Positions 40,382-48,882 of a DNA stretch of 64,000 bases are shown here, piece by piece (the first letter of the stretch is position 1; each line of letters begins with the position of its first letter). Below the pieces are notes generated by a model, which searched no databases, was not told the DNA's origin, and was given only the letters and a program-made list of their open reading frames with translations. The DNA comes from Ignavibacteriota bacterium (GTDB lineage: Bacteria; Bacteroidota; Ignavibacteria; UBA10030; UBA6906), in the NCBI GenBank assembly GCA_963801355.1, contig CAWDEM010000004.1, positions 160,001 through 224,000 on the forward strand, written 5' to 3'. The translations under genes and the position numbers were made by a program.

Positions 40382-40954
40382 ATGAAGGCCGCAGGCAAGA
40401 ACACAAAGCAGCGGGAATTTGAGTCCGAGGCCCTTCCACATGCCGACATCCTCTACAACTACGCCCTCCGCATGACCGCCAACGCCGCCGACGCGGATGA
40501 TCTGGTGCAGGAAACCTTCCTCAAGGCGTTCCGGTTCTGGGAGAAATACGAAAAAGGGACGAACATCCGTGCGTGGCTGTTCCGCATCATGAAAAACTCG
40601 TACATCAACCGTTACCGGCGTGAGTCGAAAGAACCTGACACGGTAGATTACGAAGAGGTGCAGAATTTCTACAATACGATCCGCGCCGACTCGGCACCAT
40701 CCAGCGACACACAGGAGACGGCGTTCGGACAGCTCCTTGACGATGATGTCGCGACGGCGATTGTCCACCTTCCCGAGGACTTCCGCACAGTGGTCATCCT
40801 CTGCGATATTGAGGGGCTGACCTACGAGGAGATTTCAGAGTTTCTCGCCGTGCCGCTGGGCACCGTGCGTTCACGACTGCATCGTGGAAGGAGCCTCCTC
40901 CGCGTGGAGCTGCTCAATTACGCGAAAGATCGTGGGTACGCTCCAAGGGATTAA
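40382..40954 (+). CDS. ECF RNA polymerase sigma factor (SigR/SigH-like)
   Basis: Region 2 DADDLVQETFLKA...AWLFRI; region 4 GLTYEEI...GTVRSRLHRGR; start at ATG 40382, downstream of the promoter. Confidence 0.93.
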   Translation: MKAAGKNTKQREFESEALPHADILYNYALRMTANAADADDLVQETFLKAFRFWEKYEKGTNIRAWLFRIMKNSYINRYRRESKEPDTVDYEEVQNFYNTIRADSAPSSDTQETAFGQLLDDDVATAIVHLPEDFRTVVILCDIEGLTYEEISEFLAVPLGTVRSRLHRGRSLLRVELLNYAKDRGYAPRD

Positions 40955-40957
40955 GAA

Positions 40958-40976
40958 CGGCACGCACGGCGTGCCG
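40958..40976 (+). terminator. Hairpin after the ECF sigma gene
   Basis: CGGCACGC-ACG-GCGTGCCG; no U tract. Confidence 0.4.
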
Positions 40977-41002
40977 GCATCCCCCGCCGATATATCGTCG
41001 AG

Positions 41003-41031
41003 TTGACAAACCGCCCCCTTTGTGGTACCTT
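41003..41031 (+). promoter_or_regulatory. sigma70 promoter of lon-dnaX
   Basis: TTGACA-N17-TACCTT with TGn extension. Confidence 0.7.
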
Positions 41032-41060
41032 ATCATTCCCAATTCAGCACACGTGTTGCC

Positions 41061-43463
41061 ATGGCATCAGAAAAACACCAGCACAATGTCGCAGCCTCCG
41101 CTCCTCCGGAGAATATTCCGACCCGGCTGCCGGTGCTCCCGCTCCGCGACGTGGTCATCTATCCGTATATGATCTTCCCCGTTCTCGTCGGTCGCGAATC
41201 GTCTCTGCGCGCCGTCAATGAGGCCCTCGAGCGGCAGAAGTACATTTTCCTGGTGGCACAGAAGAGCTCCATCACGGAAGAACCGGGCATCGAAGAGATC
41301 TATCACGAGGGCACGGTTGCCAAGATCATTCAGATCCTGAAGCTGCCCAACGGGCTGATGAAGATTCTCGTTGACGGTGTGGTGCAGGCAAAAGTGGATC
41401 GCTTTGTCGCCAATCCCAAGTACCTCGAGGCCGATGTGGTGCTTGCGTCACTCCCGGTGGTGGTCGATTCCGAGCTGGATGCCCTGCTGCGGCACACGGC
41501 GACGCTCTTCGCGGAGTACGTACACCTCAACCGGAACGTCCCCAGCGAGGTTCTCGTGGCCTTTGAGAATACCCGCGAGGCACTCCGCCGGATGTTCTAC
41601 ATCGCTGCAAACATTCTCCAGTCGGTCGAGGTCAAACAGCGCATCCTCCAGCTCACCTCCATACGTGAGCAGCTTCACGAACTCATCCGCATCCTCAACT
41701 CCGAAAACGACGTCCTCAAGATCGAAAAAGAGATTGACACCAAGGTACACGACAACATCGCCAAATCGCAGCGTAAGTTCTTCATTCAGGAACAGATCCG
41801 CATCCTGCAGGACGAACTCGGCGACGAAGAGACCTCGCCGGAGCTTCTGAAGTTGAAGGAGGACCTGAAGAAGTGCCGGATGCCGAAAGCGGTGGAAGAG
41901 AAGGCGATGGAGGAGTATGTCAAACTCAAGAAGACACCCTCCATGTCGCCGGAGTCCACGGTGATCAGAAGCTATCTCGACTGGATGATCAACGTCCCGT
42001 GGTACAAGAGGACCAAAGACAAGCTCAACGTGGAGCATGTCAAAAAGATCCTGGATGACGATCATTTCGGCCTCGAGAAGCCGAAGGAACGGATTCTGGA
42101 GCATATTGCCGTACTCAACCTCGTGCGGGAAATGAAGGGGCAGATTCTCTGCTTTGTCGGCCCCCCCGGGGTGGGCAAGACGTCACTGGCGAAATCCATT
42201 GCCCGTGCGCTGGGACGCACGCTGGTGCGCATTTCACTCGGGGGTGTCCGCGATGAGGCGGAAATACGCGGACACCGTCGTACGTACATTGGATCGATGC
42301 CGGGGAAAATCGTGCAGTCGATGCGGCGCGCCGGCGTCATTAATCCCCTGATGTTGCTGGATGAGGTCGACAAAATGAGTATGGACTTCCGCGGCGATCC
42401 TTCCGCGGCAATGCTGGAGGTCCTTGATCCCGAACAGAATGTCGCATTCAATGATCACTATCTGGACGTCGACTACGACCTGTCGCACGTCATGTTCATC
42501 ACGACGGCAAATGTACGCTATGCTATCCCGCTGCCGTTGCAGGATCGCATGGAGATTATCGAGCTCCCGGGATACCTGCAACACGACAAGATGGAGATCG
42601 CCCGCCGTCACATCATCCCGAAACAGCTGGCGGAACACGGGCTGCAGGACCGCAATATCGTGATCACAGACGCGGCGATCACCAAGGTGATCACGGAGTA
42701 CACCCGGGAAGCGGGCGTCCGGAACCTGGAACGGGAAATTGCGTCGCTCTGCCGTAAAGTGGCAAAAGACATTGTCGCGGCGAAGCAGAAGAAGTCCAAG
42801 CGGAGCAAGGGTGAATTCACGGTGGATGAGGATCTGGTCGAGAAGTATCTCGGTGTGCCGCGGTTCCGCAACAGGCAACGTTCAGAAGAGCGCCGCGTGG
42901 GTTCGGTGACCGGGTTGGCGTGGACCAGCGTGGGCGGCGATATCCTCCATGTCGATGTGAGCGTCATGCGCGGTGCGGAGAAGCTGACATTGACCGGACA
43001 GCTTGGCGACGTCATGAAGGAATCGGCACAGGCGGCGTTGAGCTACCTGCGGTCGCATGCAAAACAGCTGCATCTGCCCGAGACGTTCTTCAAGGGAAGA
43101 GAGATTCACGTGCATCTGCCGGAAGGCGCCATTCCCAAGGACGGACCCTCCGCCGGTATTACCATGGCGCTGGCCATGTATTCGGCGATCAGCGGAAGGT
43201 CAGCCCGGTCCGATGTCGCCATGACCGGCGAGATTACGCTCCGCGGTGAAGTACTCAGCATCGGCGGTCTGAACGAAAAGCTCCTCGCGGCACAGCGGAG
43301 CGGCATCGGCACCGTGTTGATCCCGCAAGAAAACGTGAAGGACCTTCAGGAAATACCGGCAAGAGTGAAGGAAGGGTTGACACTTGTGCCAATCAGCCGG
43401 ATAGAAGAGGCCCTGCCCTATGTCTTCTCCGCCGCCCCACGGAAACGCAAAGCAACGTCCTGA
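41061..43463 (+). CDS. lon: ATP-dependent protease Lon
   Basis: [32 protein letters not shown] (catalytic Ser), IGGLNEK; start at ATG 41061. Confidence 0.98.
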   Translation: MASEKHQHNVAASAPPENIPTRLPVLPLRDVVIYPYMIFPVLVGRESSLRAVNEALERQKYIFLVAQKSSITEEPGIEEIYHEGTVAKIIQILKLPNGLMKILVDGVVQAKVDRFVANPKYLEADVVLASLPVVVDSELDALLRHTATLFAEYVHLNRNVPSEVLVAFENTREALRRMFYIAANILQSVEVKQRILQLTSIREQLHELIRILNSENDVLKIEKEIDTKVHDNIAKSQRKFFIQEQIRILQDELGDEETSPELLKLKEDLKKCRMPKAVEEKAMEEYVKLKKTPSMSPESTVIRSYLDWMINVPWYKRTKDKLNVEHVKKILDDDHFGLEKPKERILEHIAVLNLVREMKGQILCFVGPPGVGKTSLAKSIARALGRTLVRISLGGVRDEAEIRGHRRTYIGSMPGKIVQSMRRAGVINPLMLLDEVDKMSMDFRGDPSAAMLEVLDPEQNVAFNDHYLDVDYDLSHVMFITTANVRYAIPLPLQDRMEIIELPGYLQHDKMEIARRHIIPKQLAEHGLQDRNIVITDAAITKVITEYTREAGVRNLEREIASLCRKVAKDIVAAKQKKSKRSKGEFTVDEDLVEKYLGVPRFRNRQRSEERRVGSVTGLAWTSVGGDILHVDVSVMRGAEKLTLTGQLGDVMKESAQAALSYLRSHAKQLHLPETFFKGREIHVHLPEGAIPKDGPSAGITMALAMYSAISGRSARSDVAMTGEITLRGEVLSIGGLNEKLLAAQRSGIGTVLIPQENVKDLQEIPARVKEGLTLVPISRIEEALPYVFSAAPRKRKATS

Positions 43464-43478
43464 CAACGCGACCTCCTC

Positions 43479-45107
43479 ATGAGTGAATTCATCGTTACGG
43501 CGCGCAAATGGCGCCCTATGAAATTCGAAGATGTCGTGGGGCAACGACACGTCATCGTGACACTTCGCAACGCCCTGTCGACGGGACGCATTGCCCATGC
43601 GTATATCTTCAGCGGACCCCGGGGCGTCGGCAAGACCACGACTGCGCGCCTGCTGGCGAAAGCGGTGAATTGCCTTTCACCGGTTGATCTGAACCCCGAC
43701 AACGCATGCGAAATCTGCACGGAGATCACCGAAGGGCGTTCGTTCGACGTGCAGGAAATTGACGGGGCTTCGAATCGCAGCGTCGAAGATATACGCAATC
43801 TCCGCGAGGCGGTGCGCTATGCGCCGGTCAAGGGCCGCTACAAAGTGTATATCATCGACGAAGTGCATATGCTGACGAAGGAGGCGTTCAACGCGCTTCT
43901 GAAGACTCTGGAAGAACCCCCGCCCCACATCCTGTTCATCTTTGCCACCACAGAGCTCCAAAAGGTCCCGGCCACAATCCTCTCGCGCTGCCAGCGCTTT
44001 GACTTCCGGCGCATTCCGACAGGTGAGATTCACCGGAACCTTGCAGGTATCGCCCGGCACGAAGACCTCGCGGTGGAGGACGAAGCATTGCTCCTGATCG
44101 CACGGCGCGCTGACGGCTCGCTTCGCGATGCCCAGAGCCTGTTTGACCAGGTGATCGCCCTCTGCGGCCGCACGGTAACCCATGCGGCAATGCTGGATGC
44201 GCTCAATATCGTCGACGAGGACTATTTCTTCCGCGTGACATCGCTGATGGGGACACAGGATCCTGCAGGAGGTCTCGCCCTCGTGGAGGACCTGATGAGT
44301 CACGGGTACGACCTCCGTGAATTTCTGGTCGGCCTGATTGAACATTTCCGGAATCTCCTCGTGGCCAAGGCCACGGGCAAACTCGAGCTGATTGATGCCT
44401 CCGACGTCATGCGGAAACGGTACGGGGAGGTCGCAGCCCAATTCTCCATCGGCGACCTTCTGCGCGCACAGCGCCATGTCTGCGCGACCGAAATGAGCCT
44501 TTCCCGCACCGCCCAGGCCCGCTTCCGGCTTGAAGCAGATATCGTTCAGCTCGTGACCATGCCGCGGTCGGTGGACCTTACCATGCTAATCGAAGGGCTC
44601 GACGAGCTAAAAAAAAAACTGACCGGTGAACGGCAGCCTTCCCCACCCACTTCCACTTCCACTGAATCACCGGCGCACAGAATTCCCCTTGCGCCGCCTG
44701 TCTCTGCACCTCCGCGTGCGGTACCACCTCCGGTGTCTCCCGACAAACGTCCGGTTTCTTCCGCGGCGGTGAATGAAAACGAAGTCCGATCGCGGTGGAC
44801 GGAATTCGTCGCCGAGGTATCACGCGCCAAGATCTCCGTCGGCACGGTGCTGGGATCGACGACTTTCCTGGGTGTTCAGGAGGGTATCCTGCGGATCGGC
44901 TGTGTTGATGAGTTCCAGGTGGCTTCCGTGGAGCGCAATCGTGAAGTGCTGGCCGGAATTTTTCATGCGGTCTTTCACGTGCACCTGCGCGTTGCCGGAG
45001 AACGGATGGTATCGGCGGAGCCGACAGCGCTTTCCCCGGCTAAGGCTGATGATGAACATCCCATCATCAAAGCCCTCAAACGTGAGCTCGGTGCGGAGCC
45101 GATCTGA
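43479..45107 (+). CDS. dnaX: DNA polymerase III subunit tau/gamma
   Basis: ARKWRP, GPRGVGKTT, Zn-binding cysteines, IIDEVHML, SRC; Pro-rich linker and C-terminal domain; internal A10 run. Confidence 0.97.
   Translation: MSEFIVTARKWRPMKFEDVVGQRHVIVTLRNALSTGRIAHAYIFSGPRGVGKTTTARLLAKAVNCLSPVDLNPDNACEICTEITEGRSFDVQEIDGASNRSVEDIRNLREAVRYAPVKGRYKVYIIDEVHMLTKEAFNALLKTLEEPPPHILFIFATTELQKVPATILSRCQRFDFRRIPTGEIHRNLAGIARHEDLAVEDEALLLIARRADGSLRDAQSLFDQVIALCGRTVTHAAMLDALNIVDEDYFFRVTSLMGTQDPAGGLALVEDLMSHGYDLREFLVGLIEHFRNLLVAKATGKLELIDASDVMRKRYGEVAAQFSIGDLLRAQRHVCATEMSLSRTAQARFRLEADIVQLVTMPRSVDLTMLIEGLDELKKKLTGERQPSPPTSTSTESPAHRIPLAPPVSAPPRAVPPPVSPDKRPVSSAAVNENEVRSRWTEFVAEVSRAKISVGTVLGSTTFLGVQEGILRIGCVDEFQVASVERNREVLAGIFHAVFHVHLRVAGERMVSAEPTALSPAKADDEHPIIKALKRELGAEPI
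44607..44628 (+). other. Candidate slippage/frameshift site in dnaX
   Basis: CTA AAA AAA AAA CTG ACC GGT GA; 10 A at 44609-44618; TGA in both alternative frames. Confidence 0.75.
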
Positions 45108-45157
45108 AGCACCCCTGTTGCATCCTGGTTTGAAGCACCCCCCGTCTCATCCCGGTT
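45105..45157. repeat. Imperfect 26/27-bp direct duplication starting at the dnaX stop codon
   Basis: TGAAGCACCCCTGTTGCATCCTGGTT / TGAAGCACCCCCCGTCTCATCCCGGTT. Confidence 0.65.
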
Positions 45158-45225
45158 TATTTTTTTCTCCCCTCGAAAAAGTCCCGCTCCCGGTGTAATA
45201 ACAGTTGAGCAGTGTTATCGTTCTT

Positions 45226-45553
45226 TTCGGCGCAGACCTCTACGCCTGGTCGGTTGCGACAGCGGAATAGCCGCCCGGTCGGGTCGACGACGGCGCAGAG
45301 GATGTCGTGTTTCCCGTTCCCCCGGGATCCGTTTTTCGTGGCACCCTCGTGCAGTATCCCCCGTCAGCGGTCGTTGCGGGCGAGCGCGGGCCGGGGATCA
45401 GGGCGCGGAACGAGGGGACCGGGATGCGGATGAACGGTGTGCAGCGGGAAACACCTCCGCGCCGAATGTGTACCGGGACAGCCGGAGGCACAACGCCTGA
45501 ACCGCGGCGGGTTCGGGGTGCTGGAGCCCCCGGCTCCCGGCGCTTGATTCTTT
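45226..45553 (+). ncRNA. Unidentified highly structured RNA candidate
   Basis: Nested complementary segments forming a three-way junction (45226-45466) plus a further long hairpin (45473-45540); no credible ORF; family not recognised. Confidence 0.55.
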
Positions 45554-45572
45554 AGCGGGTTTTTGGGATACT
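45544..45572 (+). promoter_or_regulatory. Putative promoter of the PorV-family gene
   Basis: TTGATT-N17-GATACT with TGn extension. Confidence 0.5.
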
Positions 45573-45612
45573 GTCTCTGGAAGCTGGCGTGATGACAAGC
45601 AGCGGGAGACAT

Positions 45613-46638
45613 ATGAGATACGGGATGCTGGTCGTGCTCCTCGTTCTCGCGCAATGGGCGGCGGCGGGGACAGGTGTGGCAAAGTATGCAGGTGAGTTCA
45701 TCTCGCTGGGTGTCGGAGGCCGTGCGCTCGGATTGGGTGGAGCGTATGTGGCGCTCGGGAACGACGTCACCGCCGGCTATTGGAATCCCGCCGGCCTCGC
45801 CCGGATTTCCTACCCCCAAATCACATTGATGCACGACGAACGCTTCGGCAGTCTGGTGAACTATGACTACGGCGCCGTGGCGTTCCCCTTCGGAGCACAA
45901 TCCAGCATCGGTGTCAGCCTGTTGCGTCTCGGGGTGGATGACATCCCGGACACGCGCAATGCCGGTGTGGACATCAACGGCAATCTTACCTACGATCCCT
46001 CTCAGTTCAGCCGGGTCGATCCCAACCGTGTCATGTACTTCAATGCGGCTGACTGGGCGCTGTATGTGTCGTACGCCCGTGCGTATTCGGAGGATTTTTC
46101 GTACGGTGCAAATGTGAAACTGATCCGCCGCGAGCTGGGCGATCACGGCGCCACGGGTATCGGCGTCGACATCGGCGTGTGGTACACGCCTTTTGAGAAC
46201 CTGCTCCTTGGTGCGAACTTCCAGGATGTGACGACAACGTTCCTTGCGTGGGATACCGGAACCAACGAACTGATTTCGCCGACGCTGAAAGTCGGTTCGG
46301 CCTATCTCATCGAGGCCTTCGGTGGCCGTTTTGCACCTGCGATGGATTTTGACATCCGTTTTGAAAACCGCCGGACGGCGTCGCTGGCGCACCTGGGACC
46401 TGTGAGTGTTGACCTCCACACGGGGATGGAGTACCAGTTCAAAGACTTGATCGCTCTGCGTGTGGGGTACAGCGACATCAAACAACTTACGCTGGGTGCG
46501 GGTGTGCATCTCCCCAAGCTGAACATCGACTACTCATTCATGAGATTCGATCAGGCCGATAACATGGATACCCACCGTATATCCATGACGTTCACGCTGG
46601 AATCAGAGGAATTCCAGAGGGTCCCCGACGCCGAGTAG
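45613..46638 (+). CDS. PorV/PorQ-family (FadL-like) outer membrane protein
   Basis: Signal peptide; FISLGVGGRALGLGGA...YWNPAGL; alternating beta strands; LRVGY and THRIS near the C-terminus. Confidence 0.8.
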   Translation: MRYGMLVVLLVLAQWAAAGTGVAKYAGEFISLGVGGRALGLGGAYVALGNDVTAGYWNPAGLARISYPQITLMHDERFGSLVNYDYGAVAFPFGAQSSIGVSLLRLGVDDIPDTRNAGVDINGNLTYDPSQFSRVDPNRVMYFNAADWALYVSYARAYSEDFSYGANVKLIRRELGDHGATGIGVDIGVWYTPFENLLLGANFQDVTTTFLAWDTGTNELISPTLKVGSAYLIEAFGGRFAPAMDFDIRFENRRTASLAHLGPVSVDLHTGMEYQFKDLIALRVGYSDIKQLTLGAGVHLPKLNIDYSFMRFDQADNMDTHRISMTFTLESEEFQRVPDAE

Positions 46639-46660
46639 CCGGTTGCCGTTGACTGCCCGC

Positions 46661-48871
46661 CTATTTGGTTGTCATCACGAACACGCCGTCCCAGTCGTCA
46701 GGCGGAGGTTGCTGCCGGTAGGTGTGAGCCCGCTCAAGATGGAGTTGTGTGGGATAGTCGTGCGGCTGTATCGCGAGAGCCGCCTCAAAGGCTGTGCAGG
46801 CCTCCTGCCAGTGGCGTGAAAAATACGCCGCCATGCCCTCTGCGTAGTATGTCAGGAAGCGTTCCAACGCATCGGTGGTCTCCTCCCCTTTCATTCCCAT
46901 CAGTTCATACACGCGCACCGGTTCACGCCTTCCCCGTACGGTAATGCGGTCCAGCTCGCGGCCGACAATTTCGTTTCTGACGAGTTCAAAGGTGCGATGC
47001 GCCACCATGATACCTGTACGGTACTCGCGGTTTGCGCCTTCAAGCCGGGACGCGAGGTTGACGCTGTCGCCGATCACCGTATAGGCGAATTTGCCGGTCG
47101 CACCCATGTTTCCGACAACCATGTCGCCGGTATTGAGACCGATGCGTATGCGGAGCGGCAACCTGTTGAGTTTTTGCCACTCGGCGTTCAGCTGCACAGT
47201 GCTGTGCTGCATTTGCAGCGCCGTCGTGCACGCACGCAGCGCATGATCATCCTGGGGAATCGGGGCTCCCCAGAAGGCCATGATGGCATCCCCTTCATAT
47301 TTGTCCAGCGTCCCGTCATTCTGGAAAATCAGGCCCGACATCACACTGAAGTACTCATTGAGAATGCTCACCAGGCTTTCCGGCGGGAGATGTTCGGACA
47401 TGGCCGTGAAGCCTTCGATGTCGCTGAACAACACCGTCAGCTCCTCGCGCCGTCCGCCGAGCACCAAGCGCTCGGGGTGAGCGACGAGCTCGTCGACCAG
47501 GGAGGGGTTGACATAGGTGCTGAACATGGACTTGATGAGCATGCGTTCCCTGCGCTCGACGACGAGATGGTAGGTCGTGCTCATCACATACCCGCCGAGC
47601 ACGGCGAGAATGGGGCTCACCACCGCCATGACATAATCAAAGCGGATGAAGACAAATAGCGCCACGCCGACAATGATCACGATCTCGGCCATCGTGAACA
47701 GAAACCCCAGAAGTCCGACCAGCAGATGATACCGGGTTTGCACGTCGCGCAGCAGCGACGTCGCGATGAGTGTGACGAGCACCAGGAACAGTATGACCAG
47801 CGATTCTGAGAAGGGCGACTGCACCGTAAGAAACGAATTCCGGAGAATGCTCTCGATCACATTGGCATGGATTTCGACACCATACATCAGGTTGTCGCGC
47901 TTCTGCACCCCGCGGGCGATAGCAACGGGAAAAAGGTCTTTGTACTCCGGGACCGTCACGCCCACGAGGACGATTTTGCCTGCAAAGGTGCTGTCGTGGA
48001 GATATCCGTAAAACGGATCACTGAACGTATTGATATCCTGCGATAGGGTCTTCTCGTCGAGCGTTTTCAGGGTCTCGTCGTCAATGACATCATGAAAGCG
48101 GATATGCGGGAATGTTCCGTTGGGCCCCGCCAGGTTGATGAGAAATGATCCGGCGTCATACCGCGGGATGGTGCGCCCGGCGTAGAGGAACCCGTCACCC
48201 TGCGCCACGGGAACAGTGTGCGGTGGCAGCTGCAGGGCTTTGTTCAAGACCGCGAAGGCCAGTGTGGGAACAGCAATCTCGGTGCCGCCCGAATCAATCA
48301 CAAACAACGTGTTGTACGTCCGGAACACACCATCCGCATCATTACGGATATTCACCAGGCCTAAGGAGGGATCGACCGTATAGAAGACGTTGCTGAAGTT
48401 CTCGTCGGCAGAGGAGGTCACATAGACATCACTGTCGGCTTCGCGTTTGCCGGCCAGAACGGCAATCCCGGTTTCGCGGATGGCGTGTGCGAGAGCCGAG
48501 TCATTGGCAGGCGAATACAAATCCGGACCGGTGAACAACAGATCGATCCCCACGGCGCGGGCGCCCGCGGCCTTGAGATTGCGCAGCAGATGGGCATAGT
48601 GTGCACGTGGCCAGGGAAACCGTTCCGGAAAATTCCGGAACGTATCTTCGGAAATCTCGACGATGACCACATGCGGGGAGTCTTTCACCGCGGCATTGGA
48701 TCCACGCATCTGGAAGCGGTAGTCGATCGTGGCGAGCTCGATGCGCTGGACCACGCCCAGCCGCATCACACGCACCTGTGTCAGGACGATGATCAATGCC
48801 GCCATCCCGAACGCCAGACCGAAGCGTGTCAACCAGCCGCGTTGACCAATCGTGAGCCGGATTGCTGGCAT
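46661..48871 (-). CDS. CHASE2-domain class III adenylate cyclase with C-terminal TPR-like tail
   Basis: N-terminal TM, CHASE2 motifs (FPWPR, GIDLLF, DADGVFR, GKIVLVG, MYGVEIHAN), 3 TMs, FSDIEGFT, DKYEGDA, YTVIGDSVNLASRLE; Lys/Thr at the purine-specifying positions suggests ATP. Confidence 0.92.
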   Translation of the reverse strand: MPAIRLTIGQRGWLTRFGLAFGMAALIIVLTQVRVMRLGVVQRIELATIDYRFQMRGSNAAVKDSPHVVIVEISEDTFRNFPERFPWPRAHYAHLLRNLKAAGARAVGIDLLFTGPDLYSPANDSALAHAIRETGIAVLAGKREADSDVYVTSSADENFSNVFYTVDPSLGLVNIRNDADGVFRTYNTLFVIDSGGTEIAVPTLAFAVLNKALQLPPHTVPVAQGDGFLYAGRTIPRYDAGSFLINLAGPNGTFPHIRFHDVIDDETLKTLDEKTLSQDINTFSDPFYGYLHDSTFAGKIVLVGVTVPEYKDLFPVAIARGVQKRDNLMYGVEIHANVIESILRNSFLTVQSPFSESLVILFLVLVTLIATSLLRDVQTRYHLLVGLLGFLFTMAEIVIIVGVALFVFIRFDYVMAVVSPILAVLGGYVMSTTYHLVVERRERMLIKSMFSTYVNPSLVDELVAHPERLVLGGRREELTVLFSDIEGFTAMSEHLPPESLVSILNEYFSVMSGLIFQNDGTLDKYEGDAIMAFWGAPIPQDDHALRACTTALQMQHSTVQLNAEWQKLNRLPLRIRIGLNTGDMVVGNMGATGKFAYTVIGDSVNLASRLEGANREYRTGIMVAHRTFELVRNEIVGRELDRITVRGRREPVRVYELMGMKGEETTDALERFLTYYAEGMAAYFSRHWQEACTAFEAALAIQPHDYPTQLHLERAHTYRQQPPPDDWDGVFVMTTK

Positions 48872-48882
48872 CGCCTCCCGCC

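Noticed and set aside
44970-44985. Extra parS-like TTTCACGTG cores (also half-sites near 900 and 18459)
   Set aside because: The flanks do not complete the 16-bp palindrome and are explained by coding sequence.
45478-45520. Group II intron domain V look-alike (AGCCGG...GGTTCGGGG)
   Set aside because: Length and pairing do not fit the ~34-nt D5 hairpin; no reverse-transcriptase ORF and no interrupted gene.
45170-45545. RNase P RNA, tmRNA or SRP RNA identity for the structured region
   Set aside because: GAAAAAGTCC only loosely resembles GAGGAAAGTCC and the other RNase P motifs are missing; there are no tRNA-like ends or CCA; there is no CAGG-GGAA-AGCAG SRP loop on either strand.
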